Of a DNA stretch of 64,000 nucleotides, positions 1 through 12,409 are shown piece by piece. The stretch lies in the NCBI GenBank assembly GCA_951406725.2, contig OX597836.1:16616001-16680000 (forward strand), in the 5' to 3' direction. The first letter of the stretch is position 1. The number at the start of each line of letters is the position of its first letter. The notes beneath the pieces are model-generated. The model was given only the letters and a program-made list of their open reading frames with translations, was not told the DNA's origin and searched no databases. A program made the position numbers and the translations under genes. The stretch comes from Octopus vulgaris (taxonomy: Eukaryota).

Positions 1-65
1 GTTCGTTTTCGCTCTAACAGAGAAGATATACACATTTACTAAAAATCTCTCTCTGTCTCTCTCTG

Positions 66-363
<298 letters not shown>

Positions 364-746
364 TCTCTCTCTATCCGTTTGCGCTGTCTTCGAAACGAAA
401 GCAGCAGTTTTCTGAAACAGACTTGTACAAAGAAAGGCAAAGCCGAGGAAAGGAAAGGAAAGAAAAGAAAAGAAAAGAAAAGAACGAACGAGAGGGTGAG
501 GGGGAATGAGTGAGTGAGTGATGAGGAATAAGCAAAGAGAGAGAGAGAGAGAAGGAAGAGATGAACGAGACTTGCCGTGTGATAGAAGAACCAACGCACG
601 TCTTCGGAATACTCAGATCATGATACCCGAATAGGAAGGTGATTTCTACGTATCTGGGTGTCTCCTGCTTTTCTCTATTATTATTATTATTCTGCTCGAT
701 TGAAATATCTCAGCGGCGCGCTAACCGGCTTCGAACGCACATCACC

Positions 747-804
747 ATGACCCACAATGAAGCGCGTAGCCACTGGTTCAAAGAAGGAGCTATTGGTCTA
801 GGGG
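747..804 (+). CDS. Mitochondrial carrier (SLC25 family) gene, coding exon 1 of 8 (MTHNEARSHWFKEGAIGLG)
   Basis: ATG in a good context (CACCATGA). Donor G|GTAAGT at 805. The phase 1 end joins exon 2 in frame to give GLGVGVLYGLTSISVGHPIDTIKTKMQ. Confidence 0.85.
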
Positions 805-865
805 GTAAGTTTCTACGGAACATTCGTGTCCTCCAAATTTCGCCTTTTTGCTTTTGTTATCTATG

Positions 866-916
<51 letters not shown>

Positions 917-980
917 CCAGTCTGTCTACGTGCGCGTATTGTTCAGTAAATACCATATTAATTATACATATATGTCTGTG

Positions 981-1016
<36 letters not shown>

Positions 1017-1045
1017 GTGTGTGTGATGTATATATGAGTAGCTAG

Positions 1046-1091
<46 letters not shown>

Positions 1092-1879
1092 GTAATTTCA
1101 TATGGTTTTGTGATATATTGATAATAGAAAAAAAGTCTGGTTACTTTATTGTTATTAACCAAAGGTATCTACTTATTAGCGGTTTATTAAGACCCGTTAA
1201 TTAAAAATATATACACCTACATATATTTGCCAAAAAAGCACCCTTTGACAACTTAATTCATATTCGCTAATCTCTTTTGTGAAGAAAAAAAAAAGGTATT
1301 ATTGCTCCACATCTATTTTCTTCTGGTTCCCTTATTTTGCGACAGAGTTGGGCTTATTCCCTGATGTTATGTGAGTTTATTTCCGTCACGAACTGTTAAT
1401 TAGATTTAATTAATATAGCTCATTTGCGTGGCATGGATAACAAATATATTGTTTAAATATTTCATAGACAGATAGATAGATTGATAGATAGGTGCGCTCT
1501 TCCACACGTGTGTGTTTGTGTGTAGGTGTTTTTATCTATGCGATTATTTAGTTCCGAGGTCATCTCTTTCGAAACAAAACTGGTCAAAGGCATTCCACCT
1601 ATGACCACCCTCTCTGTCCTTCTAGCGGACATTGTCTAACAAGGAATACATTATTACAATGTGTCTCTCTTTCGAGACGGTAGGGTTATAACTGGAAGAA
1701 GATTTCGCTGTTGTTTTTAACAGAGTTAGCAATCAAATAATGTGTAATTATACATAATGAGCATAAAATTTCATAGATTTTTTTTTTCAATACAGACTAT
1801 TTTGGTAACAATATACTTTCACTCTAACCCCACTCTCTCTCATACACACTCGAATATAAATATACATACATTCACACAC

Positions 1880-1954
1880 ACACGCACACTCGCGTACGCT
1901 TATTCTTATAAATTCGTATACATACCCGCATATATATATATACACGTATACATA

Positions 1955-1996
<42 letters not shown>

Positions 1997-2165
1997 TATA
2001 CATACCCGTGTATATATATATATATATATATATATACGCACATATGCACACGTATTCATATATAAACGCACATACACACACATGTACATATACATACATA
2101 CACATAAACACGGGTACACACTCGATACTCGCGTACGCTTTTTCTTATAAATTCGTATACATACA

Positions 2166-2214
<49 letters not shown>

Positions 2215-2310
2215 GTACATATGCACACGTATGCATATATAAATGCACATACAGACACACGTATGTATATGTACATACATACACATAAACATGGGTACAC
2301 ACTCACACAC
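1880..2310. repeat. Tandem duplication of an approx. 240-bp microsatellite-rich unit
   Basis: CTCGCGTACGCTT.TTCTTATAAATTCGTATACATAC occurs at about 1889 and 2128, and the downstream sequence is also repeated. Confidence 0.75.
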
Positions 2311-2867
2311 TCTTTTTCTTTCTGTCTGTATTGTCATACAGCCTTCATAAGCTGCCCTTGTTGACCCAACAACAATAACCGCAGTAACAACTTAACGGAC
2401 CGGTTAAAAGCCCGATTCGTCTCGGATTATGTTACAAGTGCTCCGTCGAGGTTGTTCTGCCCGGTCTCGGCTCTCATCCAGCAGCACTTAATTTAATGTT
2501 ATCTGCGTGATTTATGTACATTCAATATGAATAGCTGTCTCTAATATAGGCACAAGGCCTGACATTTTGAAGAGAGAAATTTCGTTAGTAATTTCACTGG
2601 AACTTTAATTCTGTTTTATCAATCGTGAAAGGATTGGAAAGATGGAAGTGTTTCAGAATAGCTGGTGGCCTTCGAAGTCATAGAAAGGAAAAGGCTGTGT
2701 GTGTGTGGGTGTCATTATAGCCACAGGCGTGGCTCTGGTAAGAAGCTTACTTCCTAACCACATGGTTCTGGGTTAAGTTCCATTGTGACACTTTGAGCAA
2801 GTGTCTTCGACTATAGCCTCGGGTTATAGTGTGTGAATTTGGTAGACGGAAACTGAAAGTTGTGTAG

Positions 2868-3270
2868 GCGTAGGAGTGGCTGCGTGGTAAGTAGCTTGCT
2901 TACCAACCACATGGTTCTGGGTTCAGTCCCACTGCGTGATACCTTTGACAAGTGTCCTCTACGATAGCCTCGGGTTGACCAAAGCCCGTGAGTGGATTTG
3001 GTAGACGGAAACTGAAAGAAGCCCGTCGTATATATATATATATATATATATACATACATACATACACATACACGCTTGTGTTTGTCTCCCCAAAATCGCT
3101 TGACAACCGATCTTGGTGTGTTTATGTCCCCGTAACATAGCGGTTCGGCAAAAGAGATCGATAGAATAAGTACTAGGCTTGCAAAGAGTAAGTCCTGGAG
3201 TTGATTTGTTCGACAAAAGGCAATACTCCAGCATGGCCACAGTCAAATGACTGAAAAAAAATAAAAGAAT
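2868..3270 (+). mobile_element. SINE family A (tRNA-like head, CORE-like segment, internal (TA)n/(TG)n, tail ...CCAGCATGGCCGCAGTCAAATGACTGAAACAAGTAAAAGAG)
   Basis: Recurs many times: about 3866-4240(+), 9955-10360(-), 24975-25590(+), 34545-34860(-), 35077-35605(+), 41297-41710(+), 43245-43880(+), 47785-48190(+), 52776-53185(+), 53524-53925(+), 59590-60007(-). Confidence 0.85.
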
Positions 3271-3357
3271 ATGTATATATATATATCTATGGGTGTGTGT
3301 TTTTGTCCCCCACCACCGCTTCACAACTGGTGTTGGTGTGTTTACGTCCCCATAACT

Positions 3358-3695
3358 TAGGTGCATGGCTCAGTGGTTAGAGCATTGGGCTCACAATCAT
3401 AAAGTAGTGAGTTCGATTCCTGGATCAGGCAGAGTGTTGTGTTCTTGAGCAAGACACTTTATTTCATCTTGCTCCAGTTCAGTCAGCTGTAGAAATGAGT
3501 TGTGACGTCACTGGTGCCAAGTTGTACTGGCCCCTTTGCTTTTCCCTTGGATAACCTTGGTGTTGTGGAGAGAGGAGGCTGGTATGCATGGGCGACTGCT
3601 GGTCTTCCATAAACATCTTTGCCTGGACTTGTGCCTCAGAAGGGAACTTTCTAGGTGCAATCCCATGGTCAGTCATGACCGAAGGACATCTTTAA
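3358..3695 (+). mobile_element. SINE family D (head GCATGGCTCAGTGGTTAGAG...GTTCGATTCC, CORE-like TTGAGCAAGACACTT), nested in a family A tail
   Basis: Has A and B boxes. Other copies lie at about 9275-9865(+), 22485-22780(-), 27120-27443(+) and 56698-57035(-). Confidence 0.85.
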
Positions 3696-4027
3696 CCTAA
3701 CATTAGCGGTTCAGCAAAAGAAACTGATAAAATAAGTACCAAGCTTTAAAAAATAAGTCCTGGGGTTGATTTGTTCAACTGAAAACCCTTCAAGGTGGTA
3801 CCCCAGCATGGCCAGTCAAAAATAGCTGCAACAAGTAAAAGATAAAAGGTATATATATATATATAGGTGCAAGCATGGCTGTATGATAAGAAGCTTGCTT
3901 CCCAACCACATGGTTCTGGGTTCAGTCCCACAGCATGGCATCTTGGGCAAGTGTCTTTTACTATAGCCTTGAGCCGACCAAAGCTTTGTAAGTGGATTTG
4001 GAGATGGAAACTGAAAGAAGCCCATTG

Positions 4028-4058
<31 letters not shown>

Positions 4059-5478
4059 TATGTGTTTGTGTCTGTTTGTCCCCACCACCACCACCACCAT
4101 CGCTTGACAACTTATATCGGTCTGTTTACATCCCCATAACTTAGCAGTTTGACAAAAAGGCCTGATAAAATAAGTACTAGGCTTACAAGGAATAAGTTCT
4201 GGGCTCGATTTGTTTGACTAAAACCCCTTAAGGTGGTGCTCCATTTGTATTTGCATACAATTTTCTGGGCCCGATGGAATCAGGTATTCAAATAGTAAAA
4301 GGCACCAAGGTAGAGTCGGGGATAATACACCAAAGAACTGACAATGTGTACTGACATATACATACTTACTAAAGTAAATATGGTTTTGTCATTCCAGCTA
4401 TGCACACATTCACAAGCACTAACAGAATACACTGCATGTATTCAAAGTCACACAGGTGTACACTCATGGCATGTATCCCACAGTCGACTATAGGCTCCAG
4501 ATCCAAAGCATGGAAGGTTCCGAGTTAGGGGAAGAATAAACAATCCCACGGATGGGTTGAGGTTCACTGCAGCTATTTCAGACGTGTTCTTTATTGATGA
4601 ACAAAGTACTATATCATGCAAAGAAACCATTTTCTTCAGTTGAATTATGAGTAAAATTAAACACTCAGGATTCCTCACAGAAAGAACTTAGTATAAGTTG
4701 ACCCTCCTGTCCAGGTTACAGCTGGGAGATTTTTCTGCTGAGTGGTTGGTGTTAGGAAGGGCATCCAGCTGTGAAAATCCTGCCCAAACAGTTGCAGGAG
4801 TCTGGTGCAGGTTTCTGCCTGGCTGGCTCCTATCAAACCACCTGCATGGAAGAAGGCATCATTAGCTTGTTTCACCAATGCCTATATTCTTCTGATACAT
4901 CTGCAGATGCTATAGGCACACACATAAATGTATGCACACACACACACACACCTATGGGCCTTCATGCAGTTTCCACCTACCAGATTCCACTCAATAATAA
5001 TAATGATAATAATAATAATCCTTTCTATTATTGGCACAAGGCCTGAAATTTCATTTCAGGGGGCAATCTTTTATTTGTTTCAGTCATTTGACTGCAACCA
5101 TGCTGGAGCACCACCTTGAAGGGTTTTAGTGGAACAAATCAACCCCCAGTACTTTTCTTTTTTTAAAGTCTAGTACTTATTCTATCAGTCCTTTTGCCGA
5201 ACTGCTAAGTTACAGGGGCATAATCACACCATCAGCTGTCAAGCAGTGGTTGGAGACAAAGACAGACAGACACACACACACATACACACCATGCCATGAT
5301 AGATCGGTAGCCACTACACACATTTTTCTTTCTCTCCTTGTTTCTTTCTGTGTTCCTTTCTGTGGAAGAGCATAGGCTCGAAATGTAAAAGACTTTTTCA
5401 ATTCCCCAGCATGATATTAATACATCTGTTTGTTTTCTACACCACCTGTCTTCATCTTTTGTTTTTTTCGTGAATTCT

Positions 5479-5517
<39 letters not shown>

Positions 5518-6056
5518 AATTCAGATAGGGGTTGTAAATGCAACCCTCCATGGGATAACATATATCCAATATACTGCTAGTGAAGTACCCAACAAAATTA
5601 ATACATAAATGTTAATGATTGCGATGCAATTAATTCATTTACGGTATTATATGGGCAAAGGTAAAATGATTTACCATAAATTACTAATACAAGATAAGAA
5701 AATGGAGAAATACATCGAAATCAAATACCAAATACCAGATAATACTCAATCACATACTTTATTAAACCACCACATAAGAGACTGTAGGGTTAAACATAAA
5801 AAAGCAGAACAAATCAGTGTACATAGAGGAATGTACATAAAAAAGTGTACATAAAAGAGTAATGTTGTATAATAAGTAGAATAGACTTCTTGCAGTTTCT
5901 GTCTACCAAATTCACTCACAAGGCTTTGGTTAGCCTGAGGCTATAGTAGAAGATACTTACCTGAAGTGCCATGCAGTGGGACTGAACCCAGAATCATGTG
6001 GTTGGGAAGCAAGCTTCTTAGCACATGCCTGCACCATAAAAAAAAAGCAACAAGCA

Positions 6057-6128
6057 TGCCTCTACAGGGAATCGAACCCTGTGCCTCTCAAATTCCAACT
6101 GAATGCTCTACCATGAAGCTAAGAGACC
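6057..6128 (-). pseudogene. tRNA-like sequence (tRNA pseudogene or isolated SINE head), nominal anticodon GGA
   Basis: GGTCTCTTAGCTTCATGGTAGAGCATTCAGTTGGAATTTGAGAGGCACAGGGTTCGATTCCCTGTAGAGGCA. D, anticodon and T arms fold, and A and B boxes are present. The acceptor stem is out of register. A T9 run follows about 10 nt downstream. Confidence 0.55.
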
Positions 6129-7699
6129 CCCTCATATTGTTGGGGATATTCACTGGGTTTATTGTGAGGTGAGGCAGATATTGGGGACCTGAGTACATTG
6201 CCTGGAATGCATGATGACAGTCACAAGATGATGTCATTTAGCTGTGAAGATGTTTGCTGTTAGTGAGGTACACAGTCTATTAGTAAGGGACAGGTTTTAT
6301 TGTGCAGCATTCATAGACTGTTGTATGCAGGTGCATATGTATGCAGATGTCTTGCAAGATACAGTGAGGTATTCAAGGAATGTCATTGCAAAGATGGCTT
6401 GTATGATATCTGCACATGTCAGCTACTGATAATGCATTTCACATTATTATAGTAATAATAATAATAATAATAATAATTGTGTACAGTGCTCAGGTGCACT
6501 ACAACTCATCTAAAGTATATATATAATCAGGTGTAGTTTCGGCGGATTTCGGAAAGCGCGAGGGCCTTAAAGGATGCAGTGTCATGGCAGTCAACAACTG
6601 ACGCAGGCAGTTTATTCCATGCTTCAGCAACTCTGAGCGTGAAAAAATGTTTCCGAAAGTCATGCATCAAAGTTTTGCACATGTGTTTCCATGCCGATAT
6701 GGGCTAGACAGGTTTTCATAGGCAGTGGCCCCAGAACATGAAGTATGGAAAAAAAATACTGTTCAGCGTTTTGTTTGATACACTAAAAATTCTGCCAGCT
6801 CATCATAATAATAATGGTTTCAAATTTTGCCACAAGTGCAGCAATTTTGGAGGCTGGGATGAGTCGATTAAATCAAACTAAATGTTCATCTGGTACTTAA
6901 TTTATCAACCCCAAAAGGATGAAAAGTAAAGTTGACATCAGCGGAATTTGAACTCAGAACGCGTCACCTTACTGGCACTTGTTTCCCATGGTAGTAGGGT
7001 GCTAAGAGCACCATCCGAGCATGATCGTTGCCAGAGCAGCTAACTGGCTTCTGTGCCAGTGGCATGTAAAAAGGCACCATTCGAGCGTGATCGTTACCAG
7101 TGTCACCTTACTGGCACGTGTAAAAACATTCGAGTGAGGTCATTGCCAGTACCGCCTGACTGGCCCCTGTGCCAGCGGCATGTTAAAAGCACCCACTACA
7201 CTCTCGGAGTGGTTGGCGTTAGGAAAGGCATCCAGCTGTAGAAACTCTGCCAGATCAAGATTGGAGCCTGGTGCAGCCATCTGGTTCGCCAGCCCTCAGT
7301 CAAATCGTCCAACCCATGCTAGCATGGAAAACGGACGTTAAACGATGATGATGATGATTTGGTGTTAAGGGACAAGTTAATTACATCGACCCCAATATTT
7401 CACTGGTACTTATTTTATCGACCCCGAAAGGATGAAATGTAAAGTTGACCTTGGCAGAATTTGAACTCAGAACGTAGCGGCAGGCAAAATTCTGCTAAGC
7501 ATTTCATCCAACACATTAGTGATTCTGCTAGCTTGCCACCTTAGCATAATAATAATAATAATAATAATATTGTTGTATTTCGGAATGGTCATTTTGCCAG
7601 TTTAGCCAATAATGACCATTCTGAAATACAACAATGTCTGTTTCAACACACGACTTCACATAAAAAATCTTGCACAAGACCCGGCAGGACAAGTGAGTC

Positions 7700-8230
7700 C
7701 ATAACCCGTGGCCTTCTACATGGGATGGAGCCAGCCTACGTATGCATACCTTCCCTTCTTGGGACACAAAACTCTACTTGTGAAGACCTGTTGAGGCAAG
7801 TGAGGATCAGAATCGAAATCGATCAATGGAAATTGCAGATGTGTTACCAGTGCCGGTAGCATGTAAGAGAACCATCCGTTTGCGACCGTTGCCAGCGCCG
7901 CCTGACTGGCCTCGTGCCGGTGGCACGTAAAAAGCATCATCCGTTCGTGTCCGTTGCCAGCCTCGCCTGGCCCCCGTGCCGGTGGCACATAAAAAGCACC
8001 ATCCGTTCGTGGCCGTTTGCCAGCTCTGTCTGGCACCTGTGTGGGTGGCACGTAAAAAGCACCCACTACACTCACGGAGTGGTTGGCATTAGGAAGGGCA
8101 TCCAGCCGTAGAAACACTGCCAGATTTGACTGGGCCTGATGAAGCCTTCTGGTTTCACAGACCCCAGTTGAACCGTCCAACCCATGCTAGCATGGAAAAT
8201 GGATGCTAAACGATGATGATGATGATGATG
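7700..8230 (+). mobile_element. Repeat family C: probable RTE-type LINE 3' end terminating in (GAT)n
   Basis: Ends AACCCATGCTAGCATGGAAAA.GGA.G.TAAACGATGATGATG. Copies at about 6960-7357, 22985-23130, 42000-42225, 51310-51560, 55500-56015, 57450-58200 and 62945-63575. At 55170-55500 it is preceded by a degenerate GRGRPRKTW-type coding remnant. Confidence 0.7.
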
Positions 8231-9327
8231 AATAATTTCTAACCTATAATTTGACTGTTGATGTAGACAGATACTTTTCATCTTAGCAACCTCCTCTATA
8301 TTTTTGCAGGGCATAAGACAGGTGAAAGAAATAAAAAAAAGTAAGAAGCCATGATTTGTGAGTTCCCATAGGAGGGGTTGGGGTGACATATCAGGTTATT
8401 AACCTCAGATGGAATTTCTAGTGCACCCTGCTAAAAGCACCCACCAAAGGGCCTGCCTGGTGGTAGCAGCGACGATGTTACATTGGGTGTTGGAATAAGT
8501 TCATTATCCAAAATGTTCTACGACTCATGGGACAGGCTTTCACACAGTTTCTGTCTGACCCAGATGCATTCTGATGGATTGGGTCAGCCTGACCCAGGTG
8601 TAGTAGGAACATGTTCAGAATTGCAGTTGCAAAATAAATTTCTTAACCTTGCAGCTATGACTGCATCTAAAATGTGATGTTAATTAATGTTGCAGAGGAA
8701 AACCAAGATAGTAACAAAATACACCTAAATATTGGTGTATTAAATGTTGTATATTTAAATATATTTAAATATATTATTATTTTTATTGAGTGGCTGTGTG
8801 GTAAGCAGCTTGCTTACCAACCACATGGTTCCAGGGTTCAGTCCCACTGCATGGCACCTTGGGCAAGTGTCTTCTACTAGAGCCATATCCTTCAAGGATA
8901 GGGCTCTAATAGAAGACACTTTTATCTCACACACAAACAATTCTTCTCACTCACTTCTTCTAGACTAGGTTTTGGAGAACCTTTTTCTAGTAGCAGGCCT
9001 TAAGAGGTATTGTTCATTCATAAACTAGGCCACAACACAAACAAATATTTCTACAAATATATTATGCTTCACAGGTAGTTCTGTATGTTATACAAAGTAA
9101 ATCATAAAGAAATTTGTTCTTTTGTTTTTGAGTGAATGAGAGAGAGAAAGAAAGAAAATTATTCAAATTCACATAAGTAGGCTTTGGTCCTTTGGTATTT
9201 AACACTTTAGCATTTAAACCAACCATATCTAGCTCAAATATTTTACTTGTTTTATATTCAGACTAGCTACATCCCTGACTGGGCTATGTGTTGTGTTCTT
9301 GAGCAAGACACTTTATTTCACATTGAT

Positions 9328-9625
9328 GTGGCGGCACATGGCCTAGTGGTTAGAGCAGCGGACTCGCGGTCGAGGGATCGCGGGCTCAAATCTCAGACCG
9401 GGCGATGTGTGTGTTTATGAGCGAAACACCCAATCTCCATGCGGCTCCGGCAGAAGGTAATGACGAAACTTCTGCTGACTCTTTCGCCACAACTTTCTTT
9501 CACTCTTTCCTCCTGCATCTTGCAGCTCACCTGCAACGGACCGGCATCCCGTCCAGGTGGGGAACCTCTACGCCAAGAAACCGGGAAACCGGCCCTTATG
9601 AGCCAGACGTGGATCAAGAAGGAAC
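9328..9625 (+). mobile_element. SINE family E (tRNA-Arg-like head GGCCTAGTGGTTAGAGCAGCGGACTCGCGGTCG), nested in a family D copy
   Basis: 12-bp TSD TTTCACATTGAT at 9316-9327 and 9626-9637. A second copy lies at about 16395-16695(-). Confidence 0.88.
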
Positions 9626-11022
9626 TTTCACATTGATCTCGTTCACTCAGCTGTAGAAATGTATTGCAGTGTCACTGGTGCCAAGCTGTATCAGCCTTTG
9701 CCTTTCCTTTGGATAACATCTGTGGTGTGCAGAAGGGAGGTTGGTGTGCATCAGCAACTACTGGTCTTCCATAAACAACCTTGTCCAGATTTGTGCCTCA
9801 GAGGGGAACTTTCTAAGGTGTAATCTCATGGGCACTTATGACCAAAAGGGGTCCTTACCCTTTACCTTTCTTTAGATCTGGCCTTTTACACCCAGCCTAC
9901 AATGTCATTCAAAACATAAACAATCACATCATTGAAATCTTGAAGCTATGAGATACTCTTTTACTTGTTTCAGTCATTTGACTGTGGCCATGCTGGAGCA
10001 CCGCCTTTTGTCGAGCAAATCGACCCCAGGACTTATTCTTTGTAAGCCCAGTACTTATTCTATCAGTCTTTTTTGCCGAACCGCTAGGTTACGAGGACGT
10101 AAACACACCAGCATCGGTTGTCAAGTGATGTTAGGAGGACAAACACAGGCACACAAACATATACATACATATATATATCTATATATATATATATATGATG
10201 GGCTTCTTTCAGTTTCCGTATACCAAATCTACTCACAAGGGTTTGGTTGGCCTGAGGCTATAGTAAAAGACACTTCCCCAATGGGCCACGCAGTGGGACT
10301 GAACCCAGAGCCATGTGGTTGGTAAGCAAGCTACATACCACACAGCCACTCCTACACCTAGATAGATTATGATTAGTTCGAAACAATGTGAATAAATAGG
10401 CATTACATTTAACAGGGCAATCTGAATGTTAAAGGATTAGACTGTTATGTCCAATCTGGCCTTTGAAACCTGCCCTACAATGTCATTCTAAAAAAAAAAA
10501 CAGTCATATCACCATCCATATCTGTCACAAACATTGTTTTCAAATTTTGGTACAAGGCCAGAAACTTTGGGAGAGGTGAATAAATTGATTACATCGACCA
10601 CGGTGCTCAACTGGTACTTATTTTATCAACCCCGAAAGGATGAAAGGCAAGGTCAACCTTGGTGGCTGTATGATAATCAGAATGTGGAGACAGACGAAAT
10701 GCCGCTAAGCATTTAACCTGATGTGTTAACAGTTCTGCCAGTTTTCTGCCTGAAGAAAAGAAGCAAATTGTCTTTGAGTGGGCATCTATACCAAATATTC
10801 TACCTATTTTATATTGAAATTGGCCAGATCAGGCCTCTCACACTTACCCTACAATATTATTCAATAAATAAACAATGATATTATTGAGCTCTCAAAGTTA
10901 TGAAATAATGCAGGATTAATTCAAAACAATGTAAATTTATAAGATTTACATTTGACAGAATAATCTCAATGTTAAGGGGTTAAAGATTACCTCACAGGTG
11001 TGGCTGTGTGGTAAGAAGGGGG

Positions 11023-11250
11023 GGCGAGCTGGCAGAATCGTTAGCACGCCGGGCGAAATGCTTAGCAGTATTTCGTCTGCCGTTACGTTCTGAGTTCAAA
11101 TTCCGCCAAGGTTGACTTTGCCTTTCATCCTTTTGGGGTCGATAAATTAAGTACCAGTTATGCACTGGGGTTGATGTAATCGACTTAATCCATTTGTCTG
11201 TCCTTGTTTGTCCCCTCTGTGTTTAGCCCCTTGTGGGCAGTAAAGAAATA
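11023..11250 (+). mobile_element. SINE family B (approx. 230 bp, GGCGAGCTGGCAGAAACGTTAGC...GTGGGTAGTAAAGAAATA)
   Basis: Low-divergence copies at about 15402-15625(+), 25075-25293(-), 37278-37497(+), 42381-42611(+), 43271-43500(+), 44622-44822(+), 55750-55982(-), 58631-58865(+), 63815-64000(+). Several have TSDs. Confidence 0.88.
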
Positions 11251-11649
11251 AGAAGCTTGCTTCTCAACCACATGATTCTGGGTTCTGTCACATTCTGTGG
11301 CTTCTTGGGCAAGTGTCTTCTACTATAGCCTAAAAGTACATTATATGCTATGATGGCACCCTTGCTATGCTAATCAGAAATTAAGGGCCCGGGGCAAGGC
11401 ACACATATAGATGCGTGTTTGCGTGTGTGCGTGTGCATATATGAACTTCTCACTATGTATTTGTTGTGCATCACTCCAATATGGTCTAAGCCTCGATAAC
11501 TGAAAAATCTAAAGAACAAATATATACATTCATACTCACATGCACACACACACACGGGCATACACACACACACACATACAAAAACACATGCATTACTCAC
11601 TCACACACATGTACACCTACACCCGTGGACATATTTACAAAGTAAGAAA

Positions 11650-11962
11650 ACAGCACAGCTCCCATGACTTCAGGAAACATTTTTTTCACGCTGAGAGTTG
11701 CTGAAGCATGGAACAAACTGCCGGCATCAGTTGTTAGTTGTCGGAGCACTGCATCCTTCAAAACTTCCATGCTTTCTGAGATTCGCCAACACTACACCTG
11801 ATTTTCTCCCCTCCATACACACACAGGCATGTATCTGACTCATGCATTGTTCGCTTTCCAGACATTTGTACATTATTGCATGTACTTTATATGCACTTTC
11901 TGACAAGTTGTGGTGCACCTGAGCACTGTATACAATAATTCTATTATTATTATTATTTATTA
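11650..11962 (+). mobile_element. CR1/L2-type LINE 3' end with (TTA)n tail
   Basis: Encodes FFTLRVAEAWNKLPASVVSCRSTASFKTSM, a CR1/L2 ORF2 C-terminal motif. Copies at about 6455-6665(-), 21975-22320(-) and 46610-47440(-, x3). Confidence 0.8.
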
Positions 11963-12409
11963 TTTTATCCATTCATTCCTACCATTCATACTCTATGATA
12001 CCAATTCAGCTAATTATATAAGCATATAACAGATTTGTGTTCACAGGGAACTACCTGTATAGCTCTGTGTAAATGTCTTACAATGTATGATGTGTGTGCA
12101 TATGAATATATTGTGTATCTGTGTGTGTGTATGTGTATTTTCACGTGTCCTACATCCAAATATATCAACGCCCATGACTAGAACAATATTCGGTCTATAC
12201 AAATCTTATTAGTATACAAAAGATTTTTTGTTTGTTTCTTTTTCAATGTTACTATTTAAAGGTCTAAACCTGAACTAATCCACATAAAAGTATTTGAAAG
12301 AGTGGTGAGAGAGGTGGAAGGTTATGTGTGGCTTCTATTATTGTCATCTTATATGAATTTGTGACATTCATACCTGTTTAAATTCTAGTTTGGTTGATAG
12401 TATTAGAGG

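Noticed and set aside
639-746. Upstream in-frame extension of SLC25 exon 1 in the ORF track
   Set aside because: It begins at GTG and is low complexity. ATG 747 has a good context and gives a normal carrier N-terminus.
2430-2492. Possible hammerhead on the minus strand (AAGTGCT...CTGGATGA...AGAAC...AGCACTT)
   Set aside because: The core has an insertion, GAAA is absent, and stem III and the cleavage triplet cannot be formed convincingly.
3358-3435. tRNA genes at SINE heads (also 9328, 27120, 32500-32575, 33299, 56960-57030)
   Set aside because: Each continues into a SINE body and lacks a proper acceptor stem.
2900-4100. Recurrent ORF peptides such as GLNPEPCGW, RLPNPLTR and SEFKFRRGRLC
   Set aside because: They are translations of SINE A and B consensus sequence, recurring in mixed frames and strands.
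4245-4720. Unique-looking sequence that might be a nested exon or element (similar blocks at 17780-18100, 38350-38680, 47440-47745)
   Set aside because: No recognisable protein motif or consistent splice frame by eye. It would need BLASTX or RepeatMasker.
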